Shown: positions 1 to 14,511, numbered from the stretch's first letter. The stretch: DNA of 64,000 nt from a virus (IMGVR_UViG_3300003155_000119:49779-113778), one strand, 5' to 3'. A program made the numbers and translations. The notes: a model not told the origin generated them from the sequence alone.

Positions 1-2
1 TT

Positions 3-2303
3 AAATGCGCCGCGGTTAGCAATGGTTTTAGTTTAGGAACGGCATCAATAACATTAACGAATAGTTTAGAAAGCGAATCTGGTTACTCTTTGACTATTGT
101 CAATGGAACGCAAGTCTTTAAATATGATGAAAATGGGGTAAGCCCAACTAGCTAGTCTAATGATGTGCCAATGGTATTAGAACCTTTGCGGCTTTAGTTA
201 ACATCTGCGGACGGGGCGGCGATAGCAGATAGCGTTTTAGAAAACTTGCCTATATCGTGGGAAATTCCGACAGAGGACACTTTGTTGATTGTAGAGGAAA
301 ATAGCCTATCAAGAATAGAACTTTCATATGACATTGCCGCATCTTATAGCTATCAAAAAACAAATAATACAATTACCGCTTCTGTTACCTACTAGGGTTA
401 GCGGTTAAGCGCAAGTACGAATTTCTTATTCTTGAAAGATGGAGACCCAGGAACAAATGGTACTAATTTCGTATGTAAGATAATACCAAATGTAGCAAGC
501 AATGTAACGCCCCCTGACCGCGTAATATATGATGTAACGCATGGAAGATTAAATTACACCCCGTCTGGCGCGAATACTTAGTGGGTAAGAGCTTAGCTTT
601 GGGAAAATGGAGAGTTAATTTTTGATGGGGTAAGTAGCTAGAATAATTTTGATGTAACTTGGAGTTTATTAGCTAATAAATATAATTATAATACTTCAGA
701 TATTTCAACTCTTTAGATAAATTCCATTACTGGATAGATTAATTGTAGTGGATATAATGAATTAAATCACGTGGCTGACATTATTAAAGTAGTAATTTCT
801 TATTAGGGAGTAGAATATGTAGGTGTCTTGCCTATTGTACTTGTAAGTATTAAAAATTTGAGTTATAATATTAGTATACCAGAAAAATCAGGATTTCAAT
901 TCGTTACTTATAGCTCAGATGGGACTAACCCCTCTTATGACAAGTCTAATCCATTTGAAGTACGAATTTTAAATAATGGTACTGATGTGAGCGAAAATAA
1001 TAATACTACTTACACATGGAATATAAAAGGCGCAATATACGAAGACAATAGCTGGAAAGAACAGTCTTTATTAACTGTCTCAAATAATGATAGTGATGCT
1101 TTAAATAAGAATTAGTAGAATTTAAAACCCTCTAGCTCTTATAATGGACTATGTGTAACTAATGCAGTAGAATGCGTTGTCCGAATAAGCGGGGCAGAAA
1201 CTGCGAGAGTTCATATCCCAGTATATCTAGGATTAAATCGTTACGGACTGGCCGCTTTAAATGGTTGGGACGGAAACAGTATACAGACTAGTGCGGAAGG
1301 CGGCTTTATTTTAGCTCCTTAGATGGGGGCTGGCCGTAAAGAAACAGATAATAGTTTCACTGGTTTAGTGATGGGCGAGGTCAAAGAAGGCGGTAGCTCA
1401 ACTAGTGAAGTTGGTTTATTTGGTTACAATAAAGGATAGAGGTCCATATTCCTTGATGCCGAAACGGGCACTGCCGCATTTGGAGTAGAAGGGAAAGGAC
1501 AAGTAATAATTGACCCAACAGAGGATAGAGCGCTATTAAGGAGTGGGAACTATAGACAAGGTTACTCTGGTATGGCTATTGATTTAACTACTCCTCAAAT
1601 TACGTATGGGAACGGAAATTTTACAGTGGACAATGAAGGTCATCTGTATGCGTCCGAAGGAGAGCTGGGAGCTGGAAGTTCAAAAATTCACCTTGGAGGA
1701 CAAGGGAGTAGAAGTTATGTCTATAGTGGCAATAAAAATACATTAACATCTACTTCTACTGGTTTCTATTTGGGAACGGATGGTTTTGCTATGGGCGCAG
1801 GAAGTTCTGGCTAGAGCGCGTTTTAGATTGATACAACTGGCGCGGTTAAAGCAACTAATATATCAGTTTAGAATGCAGCCACGAGTAATGGTAGAATTGA
1901 AATAACAGCAGGCAGCTCTTGGTCTTAGATAAACTTTTATTATGGAGGCTCAAGAAGAGGCTATATCTATGGAGGTTCTAATGGCCTAGAGATATGGGGA
2001 TCTCCAACTTATATTGGAGGCTCTAGGATGGATATTTCTGCCAGTTCTTTAGATATTAGTTCTTCTTCTATGTCAATTACGTCTAGTGTATTATATCTTA
2101 GACCAGGCACTTTATATGCGAGAACAAATTCTGGGTCAGGATATGCCCCAGCTATTAGTGCTACTTACTAGGTTTTATCATTAAAAACCCATGCTAACCC
2201 TGGAGTACCAGGCTTTCCAACTTTAACCAAAGTTTATTATAATATGACTTTTTATAATGGAATATTGGTAAATACTTCTTCTGGAGAAGAAACAGATGAA
2301 TAA
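3..2303 (+). CDS. Large tail/baseplate structural protein, 5' truncated by window edge (TAG=Gln)
   Basis: Frame 3 reads from base 3 to TAA at 2301-2303, and the stops I saw in between are TAG; joins track ORFs 828-1115 and 1572-1814; tail-type motifs LNGWDGNS, TGLVMGEV, STGFYLGTDG. Confidence 0.8.
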
Positions 2304-2332
2304 TATTTTTATGGAGGTCAAAAGGAGATAAT

Positions 2333-2656
2333 ATGACAGAAAAAGAAATTTATGATTTACAGAGAGACATATATTGGTATCTTTCAAATAGATTTTAGCA
2401 AAAAAATATTCCTCCTATTATTTAGAAATTAATAATAGAAGGTATATACTGTAAAATTTAGATGCTTGCAGAAAGTTATGATTGGAACCTTTTCATAGAA
2501 AAAAGAGTAAAAGAGAAAGAATTAAAAAATAAACAAGAAACTGAAATAATAGTTCCTGATTATATGAAAGATGAAGAGTAGTAGCCTATACCAGATTATA
2601 TAAGGGATTCAAAAGGAGTAGCTGAAGAAACTTCAGAGGGGGTTACTTATAAATGA
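2333..2656 (+). CDS. Hypothetical protein (5 in-frame TAG)
   Basis: AAGGAG RBS, ATG 2333, TGA 2654-2656 overlapping next ATG. Confidence 0.7.
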
Positions 2657-3159
2657 GTAGAATTAAAAGTTTAAAAATAAAGATAACTGATACTGATTTT
2701 GGTGAGCCAATTCCTCTTGGCGCAGATGCTACGAATGTAGATATGTCAACAGGCGAAAGTGTTGAGGAAGCAATGTTGAATAGAGTTGAGCAGGAATTCG
2801 ATAACACCGCACAAGGGGACGCATCTTTAATAAATGCTGATACTGTACAAGGAGAAGGACTAGCTCATTTATATTCGGATTTCATAGTCATAAATGTTCC
2901 AGCCTCATCTGAATAGCCAAATTAGGAAGATATGTATTTTGCGGATGTTACTGTAAGCGGGATGACGCCTCAAAAAGCTATACTCGGAATACAAATGAGT
3001 TACGATACTAGTATAGACACTCAAAAAGCTAAGGCCGCCTACTCATGGGATTATTTAGAGACTGGAACAGATAAAATATCTTTTTATGGGACCAGCTCAT
3101 GGGTTGATTCTTTTACTATTGTTGGAGTTGTGGTTTAGGCAGAGGAAGGTGAATATTAA
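2653..3159 (+). CDS. Hypothetical tail-associated protein (TAG=Gln)
   Basis: Joins track ORFs 2653-2916 and 2932-3138 in one frame; ends TAA overlapping next ATG (TAATG). Confidence 0.75.
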
Positions 3160-3713
3160 TGCCAGAAGCGCAATATTTAAAACCTTAGATTCCGTTGAAG
3201 AAGGGAGAAGATTACTTTTATCCCTTAACAACAGATGACTAGGTAATTTTATCAGATGGTCGAAGACTTAACTAGGTAGATTTTAATAACGAGCAAATAA
3301 TTTTCGTTGGGTCAAATGAAAGTTTCCCAACAAGAGGAGATTCTGGTAAAATATATGTAAAGAATAATTATTTATATATATGGAATGGTGTAAATTATTA
3401 GATACTAAGTGTTTAGACAGTAAACGGGAAGTCTGGTTAGGTAGAATTGACTGCGGCGGACGTGGGAGCTTTAAACCATCCTTCTGATATTTCTGGTGCT
3501 GCTGTAGGGTCATATTTAGTCATATAGAGTATTACGAATGGAAGAATTAATGTAGGGTTTGCGTCAATGTCGGATATTACTGGAGGCTTTATAGAAGCAG
3601 CGAATGGTAGCGAACCAGATGTTTCGTCTAGGCGCGCAAATACTCTGTATGGTGTTCAAATGAGAGTAATTAGCGGAGACAATGAATAGTCTGTTATTAG
3701 TTATAATAACTAA
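3159..3713 (+). CDS. Short tail fibre-like protein (8 in-frame TAG)
   Basis: Reads SV(Q)TVNGKSG(Q)VELTAADVGAL, a typical phage fibre repeat motif, only with TAG=Gln; not in ORF track. Confidence 0.8.
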
Positions 3714-3724
3714 GGAGGTTATTC

Positions 3725-5710
3725 ATGGGAAATAGATATTTATGGTCGCAATATGACCTTGAATCAGTATATCGGTATGATTATAATGCAGTTTCTAATA
3801 AAATAGTCCGTATAGCAGTAAGTTCTAGTAGTAATCCTTCATACAGTAATTATTAGATACTAGCGATGGCAGATAGACCTGATCCAGTAGGACGGAATCG
3901 GTGGACGTATACCGGAAAATATAAAATAGGACGCACTTATATGTATACAGATGATTACCCCTACTGCATAGTTTTATATACAAAGGCCAGTTCTAGTTTA
4001 ATAAATTCGTTGTTAGGTAAAACGTCTATTAGCACAGGCACATTTAGTGGTACTTTAAATATTGATTTTAATATTATTGGCGGAAGCACTAATTCTTCTC
4101 TCATTTGGGGAGGCGACTATATATATTGGTCTATTATGACCGCAGCAAAGACATGGGAAATAGATAAACAAGCATATACTGGTTCTTCTTCTGGATACGA
4201 AGGAGAAGTTATATTAGTATGTAGTAGTTCAGCAAATTCATCAGCAGAATCTTATAGACAAGGATTTGAATATCTTTATACTACATTAGAATATAATAAA
4301 GGAGATAAACTTGGATATAGAACTAGTAGTTCGTCATCTGCATATCCAAGTAATGATTATAGAGGCGGATATTGGTATGAATATGCTTATTACAGTGGTA
4401 ATAGATATGACAATATAGACCCAACAGCTATTTCTATTCCAGATACTATAAATGCCAATGATTATATAACCGTAACAATTACACCTAATACCGCAGGTAA
4501 CGCAAATAGCGGGATGGGAACTAATACTTATTATACTTATGAATATAAATTTGGTTCTAGTGGTTCATGGACTTAGTTCCAGCGAGCGACGACATCAACA
4601 ACCGCAACTTTATAGATTCCAGCAGGAACAAAAAGTGTTCAAGTTAGAGCTAGAGCGTCAGATACTTTAGGATTCACTTCAACAACATATGTTACTTCAT
4701 AGACCGTAGAAGTTATTAATAACTACCCACCCTCCGCGCCAGACTCAATTACCGTTACTGGAGTTCAAGTTGACCAAGAGGCGACTATAACCATAACGGA
4801 AGCAACTGATACCGATGGATATATTACTAACTACTATTGGGAGAGAAGCATAGATGGCGGGTCTTTTACTTAGATTCAAGAAACTACAAATTTAGTATTA
4901 TCAATAAAAGATTAGATTAGTGCGGACTGGGGTACGGTAACTTATAGAGTTAGAGCTAAAGATGATTATGGCGAGTATGGCGATTATGCGACTTCAACTA
5001 CTTACGAAGTTCAAGAAGGTGTTTTAATGATTTCAACACCTTCGTACAACTTAGGAGAACAAATTAGTCCATTTTATTTCATCTTTTAGATAAATGTCAC
5101 TGGAACTCCTTCTGATACAAGCGTTCATGTGGATGTATATTTAGATGGGAGACCAAAAGAATCGAAAGATACAAACTTTGCAACTGATATATCAATACCA
5201 ATAGACCCAAGATTACTAAGCGCAACAACGCATACCATAACAATTACAGCTGAGAAGGAGGGGTATACTACGGCGCAATCATCAAATGTTTTTTATATAT
5301 CTGGAATAACTGCTCCAAATGGTGGAGTAGTTGAACAATTATAGAACCCTGCGGGCCAGACTGTTTTGCCGATGACACTAGGTCAATGTGTGATTGGACG
5401 AGACGGCAAAGACATGAATACTATTATAGAAGAAGTTGAGGCGGCCCAAGCAAAAGTTTACTCTGGAAGTTATGTTGGGACTGGAACCTATGGTTCAGGA
5501 AGTCCCAATACCATTTCTGTACAGGGGACGCCTAAAATGGCGTTTATTGCTGAGTCAGGAAGCAGTTCTGGTTTAATGTGGGGAGGAAGTCCAACCGTCG
5601 GAAATGTTACTTTTAATGCGGTAGATGGAAATTTGACTTGGTATGCTTCATCTGCTTCAGCGCAGTATAATACGACAGGAACTAATTATTATTATATGAT
5701 ATTAGTATAA
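3725..5710 (+). CDS. Tail-associated protein with fibronectin type III-like repeats (TAG=Gln)
   Basis: GGAGG RBS; joins track ORFs 3866, 5129, 5366 in one frame; FN3-like segments NYPPSAPDSITV, VTYRVRAKDDYG. Confidence 0.75.
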
Positions 5711-5723
5711 GGAGGAAATATAT

Positions 5724-6017
5724 ATGAAGATAATTAAAAATACTCCATTTAAGAACGGAGCTTATCCATCTATTTAGAACTGGGACGGGATTTCCGCTCC
5801 AGAAGGCTATTATATATGGCTAGATGGGCTAGACACAGAAAATTTTTACCAGTATAATGGTTTTGTAACATTAAATGTTTTAAGAGGAGCTGTAATTAGC
5901 TATACTCCTAATGAAGAGGCTTGGGAGGCATGGAAAGCCACATTGCCGCCAGAACCAGAACCTGAAACAACAGATACTGAAATATTAAATATGCTTTTAG
6001 GAATGGAGGAGGAATAA
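5724..6017 (+). CDS. Small hypothetical protein, tail-fibre assembly-like (1 TAG)
   Basis: AAGGAGG RBS, ATG 5724, TAA 6015-6017; ends PPEPEPETTDTEILNMLLG. Confidence 0.7.
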
Positions 6018-6020
6018 TTT

Positions 6021-6650
6021 ATGGCTATAACAAGAAAACAAGCAGCTGAGCAACTAAGAAAAGCTATTCAACTATTTATAAATTCATTAGATGAAGAAAC
6101 CGCACTAGAGGTTGCTACAGTCTATCCTGCGTGGAAAGTCAACACTTATTATGCGAAAGGCTAGATTATCAGTTATGGGACTAATTCTGTTGGGGACCCT
6201 CAACTATATAAAGTAATTACTGGACATACTTCTCAGGCGGATTGGACTCCAGACACCTAGGCCGCATTATTTGATGCTTTTGGTTTGGACGAAAGCGGCT
6301 ACTCTATTTGGGCGCAACCCGCTGGAGCTCATGACGCATATAATATTGGAGATGAAGTGAATTATAAAGGTTCTATATATCGCTCTTTAATTAATGGAAA
6401 CGTATGGGCGCCAGATGTTTATACGGCAGGATGGGAACTTGTAAAAGAGAGTCCAGAAGAGCCAGAGGGACCTGACGAGCCTATTACCGAGGAATATCCA
6501 GATTGGGTGAGACCTACTGGCGCGCATGATGCTTATAATATTGGAGATATAGTTAAGTATAATGGAAAACTTTATCAATCTACTATTGATGGAAACGTAT
6601 GGGCGCCAGATGAATATCCAGCTGGATGGACTTTATACGAGGAAACATGA
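6021..6650 (+). CDS. Carbohydrate-binding (CBM5/12, chitin-binding-like) repeat protein (2 TAG)
   Basis: Repeats W.QPxGAHDAYNIGD.V.Y.G..Y.S.I.GNVWAPD.Y.AGW; N-terminal extension through TAGs gives YPAW..HTSQADWTPD. Confidence 0.8.
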
Positions 6651-6775
6651 AAATAGTAAATCCTTTATTATATTAGGAAGTTTATAATACAGCTGTAAGC
6701 GTTCGATAGTAGGTGCCGCAAGAGATAGTAGACGAAGAAGAGGAGGAAGATGTGTTAAATGAAAATAATAAATAA
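6647..6775 (+). CDS. Small acidic peptide (3 TAG)
   Basis: ATGA overlap with upstream stop; 42 codons to TAA; fills the gap between neighbours. Confidence 0.45.
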
Positions 6776-8126
6776 TTTGCGTTTTAAGACATATATTCCT
6801 CCTGTAATAAAAGCAACTAATTTATACGTTACAGAAGAAAATATAAATCTAGGTAATGATAATTATATTCTTACTTATTACTTAGAACCAGAAGATGTTG
6901 ACACGAAATCTATTGATTGGTACTATTTGCCGAAGGATGGAAATTTAATTATTACCGCGTTAGATAATAATAGAATATCCATATATAGAGCGCCAACGAT
7001 TTAGCCAAATACAACTTATACACTAGTACTTCAAACAATAGACGGAAGTAATTTAGAAGATTCTGTTTCTATCTTTATAGAAGATACTACTGTCTATGTA
7101 AATAATATTACTTTTAGTCCAAGGTCTTTAGAAATTCCTGTGGGCGGTCAAGGGCAATTTGCTTTTACGGTACTGCCGTCTGACGCGACGAATCGCAATA
7201 TAGAATTAAAAGTAACGAGCGCCGCAGGTGGGAATACTAGCGGAATAACAGTGTCAAAAGAATCAAGTATTGTGACCGTTTAGACGACAGACTCTGCGGA
7301 ATTGGGCCAGTATACAATTACTGGAACCGCGTAGGACGGAAGCGGTGTTACTGGTTCTTGCTCTTTTACTATTGTTAAGGCAAGTAGTTCTGAGGAAGAG
7401 ATAGAGGAGCATAGAAGCACATGGCGCGGAACAGATTTATTATCTAGCGGACATTTTTCTGACATAGATGAAATTGCTGATGCTGTTGCGACAGGAGATT
7501 TTTCTGATATATGGGTTGGTGATTATTTCACTATTAATGGGCCTATATTTAATAATAGCAGTATCTTAGGTTATGATGAGTATAATTTAGTTGTAATGGA
7601 CATTAATACTATTTCTAGTTTGAGTTAGCCTCATCTTGTTTTAATGCCAGACCACATTATTGGAGTAACTAATTCATTATAGCCAAATAGATATAACTTA
7701 TATGAAGCAGCTGTTTCCAATATGCTGCAAGTTTATTCTCAGTCGTTGAAAGTCTATCTAGGAGAGAATAATTTAATTGATTTTACAGACAGGATGCCTA
7801 CAGAAACTTAGTATTCAGCTACCTTCCCTGGAATTACGCTACCAAGTGTAAAGAGTTTAACTAATTCTTATTCTAACGTGAATCCTCTTTCTATGAGTTC
7901 AGTATTTGTATCAGTCCTTCCAGGAATTTCATTAAGTAGTTCAGGAGCTGGACGACCTACTCTTTCAGCTTTAGCTTCCTATTAGGCTATTGCCATGTAT
8001 GCGGTTAGTGATTTAAATAATACGAATGAGTACTTAATTACGGTTATGAATAATGGATAGCTAATGTCTAATGCAATGTTTCAAAATATGTCTTTAGGTA
8101 TTTGTCCATTATTAATTTTTGGTTGA
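6759..8126 (+). CDS. Ig-like (Big_2-type) domain tail/decoration protein (TAG=Gln)
   Basis: Ig-like motifs TVLPSDATNR, TGTA(Q)DGSGVTGSC; C-terminal HRSTWRG..GDFSDIWVGDYF..PHLVLMPD segment typical of Firmicutes phage tail proteins. Confidence 0.75.
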
Positions 8127-8146
8127 TAGGAGGGATAATAAAGAAA

Positions 8147-8515
8147 ATGAGAATATATAATCCAATATACCCTTCCATTAAAGACAATTTAGAAGAATTA
8201 TTTGGGAAGGCTCCTACCTCAATTACTTTAACATCTTATTCCGCTTAGTATTCTATTGCGGATCAAGGTACTTGTAAAATAAAAGGGTACGTTTATCCAC
8301 AAGACGCATTAAATTAGCAGGTGCTAATAACTTATACGTCTTAGAAAGAAGGTTCTGTCTTAACATATTCTATTAACTATGGAGAAGATTCTACAGGAAA
8401 ATATTTTGAGATTTCTGTTTCGACAACAATAGAAGATGTTTATAGTATAAGGGTTAAAGCAAAAGGGAATTCGTCTGTACAAGCAGATATTTTTACTTTG
8501 ACCGCAGTTAGCTAA
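8147..8515 (+). CDS. Single Ig-like domain protein (3 TAG)
   Basis: GGAGG RBS; VYPQDALN(Q)QV Ig-like motif; ends TAA 8513-8515. Confidence 0.65.
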
Positions 8516-8717
8516 ATATCTAGTTCAGGATATTATCCAGTCCGACTATGAGGAAGGACCAGTCTGTCCTATAATTATATTTGGCTGATAGAAAAATAAA
8601 AAGGAAATATGTTAAAATTACTAGAGGATGGTCTAAAATAGATTATCCTCTTTTATCTTTTTTCAATATATTTATAATAATTTTTAAGAGTAGAGGAGGA
8701 GGAGGAGGTCTAGCAAG

Positions 8718-9278
8718 ATGATAGACTTATTAGAAAAATATTCTATTACAGACATTATAATATTTTTAGTTTTTCTTGCTCTTGCCGCAAAAGAACTAAT
8801 TACCTTCATAGAATGGTCAAAAAGTAAAATAAGAGAAGCAGGGTTAGAAGCCACAATGGATAAGAGAGAAGAAGAGAAATTAGATGGTTATGACGAAGCT
8901 ATAAGAAAGAATAATTCAAGAATAGTAAATTTAGAGAAGGAGTTAGAATCATTATCAGAAGAAGTAACTAAATTAGAAAAAGATTTTAATGAGCACTTAG
9001 ATGAGACTAAAGAAATAAAAGATAGTTTAAGTAGATTGAATACTAATATTTCTTTGCTCTTGGAATCTAATAGAGATATTATTAAAACTACTTTAACAGA
9101 AAAACATCATTATTATTGTTATAGTAAAAAGTGGATTGATGACTACAGTCTTGAATGTTGCGAAAAATTATTTCAACATTATAAATAGGAAGGCGGGAAC
9201 TCTTTTATTGAGCACTTCATGGAAGATTTAAGAAGTTTACCTACTTCTGAAGAAAAAAGGAGAGAAAAGGATGGCTAA
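8718..9278 (+). CDS. Membrane-anchored coiled-coil protein (holin-like/lysis-associated family; 1 TAG)
   Basis: N-terminal hydrophobic helix, coiled coil; read-through of TAG 9186-9188 restores HYK(Q)EGGNSFIEHFMEDLRSLP, the Y..xGGN...M...LP tail common in phage proteins of this type. Confidence 0.7.
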
Positions 9279-11892
9279 TTTAAATATTACTTTATACCCA
9301 CCACAAATACCCACATATCAGAATGCTTTTGTTCTAACGTCTAAATGCCGCATTTATTTTTCTTTATCTATATACAATAGCTATAAAGATATATAGAATA
9401 ATGCGCAAGTAACAGTATCGAATTAGAATACGAATCAATCAGTTCTTTCTTTAACTAAGTATCCTAATGAAATAAAGTTATGTGATGTGAAAATAGATAA
9501 TACTAAGAGTTCTGATAGATATTATATAGAAATTGAGCCAGAAGACTTATAGAATGGCTTTTAGATAAATCAATATTATAAAGTTTAGATAAGATTCACT
9601 AGTGCGGATGCGCCGACTCCACCAGATTCTGCGGCTATAAATAAATGGTTAGTTGATAACGTTGACTATTTTTCTGAATGGTCTACTGTATGTTTAGTTA
9701 GAGCTATCAGTTAGCCAATTTTAACTCTATAGAATCTTTCTTCTAGCTCAGGAGAGGAAGGCTCTAATGTCGCTATTACAACGAATACCTTGGATATAGT
9801 AGGTAGTTTAACTTTTCAAGATTCACACGAGAGTGATTCACTAAGTAGTTATTAGATAAAACTATATGACGAAGATAATAATTTACTGACTGATAGTAGA
9901 ATTATTTATACTAGTGCATACAACAATCCAAATGAAATAAATTATACTTTAAAATATATTTTAGAAAACGGGTCTGCTTATACAGTAACTATTGATATTG
10001 CAACTAATAACTATTATTATTAGACTTTTACTTATAATATTATTGTTATTTAGACACATGAAAATCCATTAAATGCGTTAGTTGTTGCGGAAAATGAAAA
10101 AGAATCTGGCCGCATTAAATTGACAATAGCTAGTACCACTACAGATACTTTCCAAGGTAGCGTCATTATAAGACGGACTTCTAATAGAAGTAATTTCACT
10201 ATATGGGAAGATATTTATACGAGAGTTTATCCTACCAAAGAATTAATTAACTTTACTTGGTATGATTGCACTGTTGAGAGCGGAATCTGGTATAATTATT
10301 CAGTGCAGAAAAAAGACGTATCTGGACAAAGAGGGGAAGAGACGTACATCGAGAAACCGGTTTCAGCGTATTTCGAAGATATGTTCTTAAATGCGGAAAA
10401 ACAATAGCTAAGAATAAGATACAACCCCGCGGTCTCAACTATGCGGCAAAACGTATCTGAAGCCAGAGCCGAAACACTTGGTTCTTAGTATCCTATTATT
10501 AGACGAAATGGATATATTAACTACCGTTCTTTAAATATTTCTGGACTAATTACTGCACTTGATGACTTTAAGGATATTTTTACAAGTAAAGAAGAATTGT
10601 ATGGCAAGGAAGCAACATCTTTATATGATGATTATAATGAGGAAGAAAGAATTACTGAATATAATGATTATATACTAGAGAGAGAATTTAGAGAAAAAGT
10701 AATTACTTTCTTATATAAAGACAATATAAAATTGCTTAGAACACTTACAGAAGGCAACGTCTTAGTAAAATTAATGAATATTTCCTTAACTCCGCAAACT
10801 ACTTTAGGAAGAATGATTTATTCCTTCTCAGCTGAGGTGTATGAAGTAGCAGAATGCTCTTTAGATAATTTTATCAACTATGGAATTATTGAAACAGAGG
10901 AAGATAATATAATATTTGAACAAGAGGAAGAAGAAACAGTTACGCGGAAAGAGGTACTTGGTTAGATTCAGGATACTATCTCCGCAGATACTAATATCGT
11001 TGAATTGATTAAAGAGAAACACGAAACAGATGCGGTTTCAGTTGAGTTGATACAAGATATTAAGTTCTCCTTTTATGATGACCCGTATTAGATAAAAGAG
11101 GACCCGTCAGGTAATTTATTGCCCCTGGCCGCAACAGATGATTAGTCTTTGTCTATTGGTTTAGGCTATATCATTTATATAAATGGAGAGTCAATAATGG
11201 TAAGCGAGGACGGCGTATATTCTCTTATGGATTTAAATGAAATGTTGACGTCAGTTACTTTTCCTATTGATTCGTTTGTGTCTATTGACTACATTGCGGT
11301 CTTAGCTGAAGAAAAAAGTGTTGAACCAGAGAGTTAGATAACGAGTTCTATCTATTATTATAATGATATTGTTGGTCAAATCTGGGGAGGCTTTAACTAC
11401 GGAGAATCTTTATATGAGTATATTGAAGCTAAGTACGCATTCAATTATGATAACTATAACTAGAGATTAATCTATATAGGAGATATTTCAATAGAAGCAA
11501 ATACTAATATGGTATTTTATATATAGACAGATGAAGAATCTACCCCTTTGCGCAATGTTATAAATGAAACAAATGTTTTAACTATTCAAGATAAAACTCT
11601 AAAAATAAGAGATATTTTATTTGGAGGTATTCATCTTGACAAAGAAACAGATAAAAATAAAGAACTTGTTAATTCAAATAAATATTATCAAGAAGATAAA
11701 GAATATAGTTCCTTGGCCGCAATAGGATACCCCCAAGCCAACCATGTATATGTAGTTGATAATGAGAGATATATATGGTATAATGAAAATTGGGAAAATA
11801 TAAATGAGAATGATGATGTAGAAATTCCTACTAGCGGTCTTATTGATTATTATTGTAGAATTGTAAGGGAGGTTTATTTATTGAATGAATGA
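9271..11892 (+). CDS. Large baseplate/tail protein, about 870 aa (TAG=Gln)
   Basis: Joins track ORFs 10120, 10597, 11149, 11548, all in one frame; RAETLGS(Q)YPIIRRNG and LGRMIYSFS motifs. Confidence 0.8.
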
Positions 11893-13933
11893 TAGACCTT
11901 ATTTAAGAGATAAAAATTTTCTAAAGACAATAGACAGAATCTCTTTAAAAGAAGAATTTGCTAAAATAACTATACTAAATTGGCAAGAGCGCCCAATAGA
12001 AGACATACAAGGAAAAGTTAGTTCTGGTACTTTAAATATTAATGGTAATTCCTCCTTGCGCCGCACTTGCAATCTAACTATCTTAATTGACGAAAATAAT
12101 TCAAATATTACTAGTGTAAAAAATTCTTTGTCTATAAATAAAAAAATAAAATTAGACATTGGGATAAAAAACAATACTAGCCAGTATTCAGAGTATGACA
12201 TTATATGGTTTTCTCTTGGGACATATATAATATCTAGTGTTTCAATTACAAATACAAATAGCTAGATAACCTCAGCATCTTTGCAACTGAAAGATAAAAT
12301 GTGTTTATTAAATGGGGAATGTGGCGGGCTCCTTCCGGCGAGCGTTACATTTAGTTCTTATGATACTTTAGACGCCAATGGCGCATATCAAACAGAGCAG
12401 CCTACGATTTATACAATTATTAAATATGTTGTTAATTATTTTGGCGGAGAGTAGCTACCTAAAATTTTAATTAGTGATGTAGACGAGAGAGTTAGAAAAG
12501 TTATGAAATGGACTGGTTCTAATCCTTTATATATTACTCAATACACTAGCACAACATCTGGTGTATAGTATGGAGCTACTACAGATAAAGAGCAGGTAGA
12601 CGAAGCACTTGCCGCGGGAACGATTGATTCTTATACAGAATATAAAAGCGGCCAAGATGTAGGATACATTTATACAGATTTTATTTATCCAGGAGAATTA
12701 ATTGGAGACGCTGGAAATTCTGTCTGTGATATATTAGATAAGATAAAAAGCGCTTTGGGCAATTATGAATATTTTTATGATTTAGATGGGAATTTTATTT
12801 TTCAAGAGATAAAGAATTATTTAAATACATCTAAATCAACTACTGATTTGAATGACATGGAATAGAACAATTATTTAATAGATATTACAAAAGGAAAGTC
12901 TGTTTATACCTTTGATGATAGTTTCCTAATTTCCTCTTATTCAAATGCCCCTTAGTATAGTATGATTAAAAATGATTATATAGTGTGGGGGATGAGAGAA
13001 GATGCTACAACAGGAGCTACATACCCTATACGGTATCATTTAGCTATTGATACAAAACCCTAGACAGGTAATACTTACAAAGTGTTCTTTTATGATGACC
13101 CAGATGACGGAATACGAAAAGCAAAGCGGCCAATACAATTTTCTACTAGAAACGGATTTCCTGCTTAGGGCGCGGAAGATACATTTTATCTTGCTCTTGA
13201 TACTAATATTGTATATAAATGGGATACTGAATAGAACACTTATGTGAGGTTCGCTACACAGACAAAAGATATAACAACTACTGATTGGCGGACAGAGCTT
13301 TATTTATCTGGAGCGCAGGCAGAAGGTTTTAGTTTAGATACAAACAATTATTATACTGAGTTAAATAATGAATGGCCTAAAATGTATGATATAGAGAACG
13401 GGGAATTTTATGAGGGATACGAGAAAGACCCCGCTTCTTTAGATTATTTTTTAGATTTTATAGATTCGTCTGCGGCAATAGGTGAACTTAGTATATCGAA
13501 CATTGGGAAGCGTTCTAAAATAGTTGTAGACGAGGACATCAACTGCATATTTGAAAGAGAAATTCCTAATTTGGTAATGATAGATGCTAGTTAGGATTCT
13601 GCTATTGTAACGGAATAGAGAGAGGAAGCATAGCGCAAAGGGCAAGATTATATACAAGTCACTGGGGCTATTTACAACTTATTAGCTACTGGTGGGACTT
13701 AGAATTCTGCTTTTGAGCGGGTTAAGGAACTAATATATTAGTATACTAGTTATAACGAAAGTATTACTTTACAATGCTTACCTATATATTACTTAGATGT
13801 TAATTAGAGAATTACTGTTAATGATTCAAAAAGTAATATCTATGGAGACTATATGATTAATTCGATTTCAATTCCTCTTAATATATCTAGTATGATGACA
13901 ATATCTGCAACGAGAGCGTTAGAAAGATTTTAA
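11885..13933 (+). CDS. Baseplate hub / tail protein, about 680 aa (TAG=Gln)
   Basis: Joins track ORFs 11885 and 13244; INGNSSLRRTCNLT, QLKDKMCLLNGECGG, LGNYEYFYDLDGNFIFQEI; ends TAA 13931-13933. Confidence 0.8.
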
Positions 13934-13946
13934 GGAGGCAAATAAA

Positions 13947-14492
13947 GTGATTGGACAATTAAGAAGAAATAAAATAAATGATTATATATCTGATATAGAT
14001 ACTTCTTTTTCAGATAATATTATTACAGGAAATTTTATTGCCGCAAAGCATTACTATATAAGCATTGATATAAACACAACAACTCAATAGGAGTAGAATA
14101 TTTCAATAGTTTTAAAGAATTCTGAGAACGAACAACAAGAGCAAACAATAAAAAGAATGAAAATAATAAATGGAAATAATGAATCTATTGAAACGGTTTT
14201 CGTTCCTAATGCGGCATATGATTAGATAATTATAAAAGACTGCACTAATTACACCGTCGTTCTTAACTAGGCCGCAGAAATAAATAATGTCCTCACTAAA
14301 CTTAATATTAATAAACTAACTAAGATTGGCGTTCAAGGTCCGTCTGGTTTAGTAATGGATATTAATGGCGAAGAAATTAGGGTTGGAAGATTTGGAATAT
14401 ATGAGTTAATAAGAAGGATAGATATAGACTTTATCAGTTTTATTGTTAATAATGATGATAATAGATTTTTTATTCTTGATTATTAGTATTAA
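13947..14492 (+). CDS. Hypothetical protein with C-terminal ING..I.(I/V)G..G.YE domain (TAG=Gln)
   Basis: AAGGAGG RBS, GTG start; KIGVQGPSGLVMDINGEEIRVGRFGIYEL; paralogous to 16265 and 59577 genes. Confidence 0.75.
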
Positions 14493-14511
14493 ATAAAGGA
14501 GGGAAAATACT

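Noticed and set aside
6300-6640. Direct repeats as a CRISPR array or DGR template/variable pair
   Set aside because: Two in-frame copies of a carbohydrate-binding module; differences are not adenine-specific and there is no spacer structure
8694-8709. (GAG)n microsatellite as a phase-variation switch
   Set aside because: Short, intergenic and simply an extended Shine-Dalgarno; unit changes would not alter spacing to the ATG
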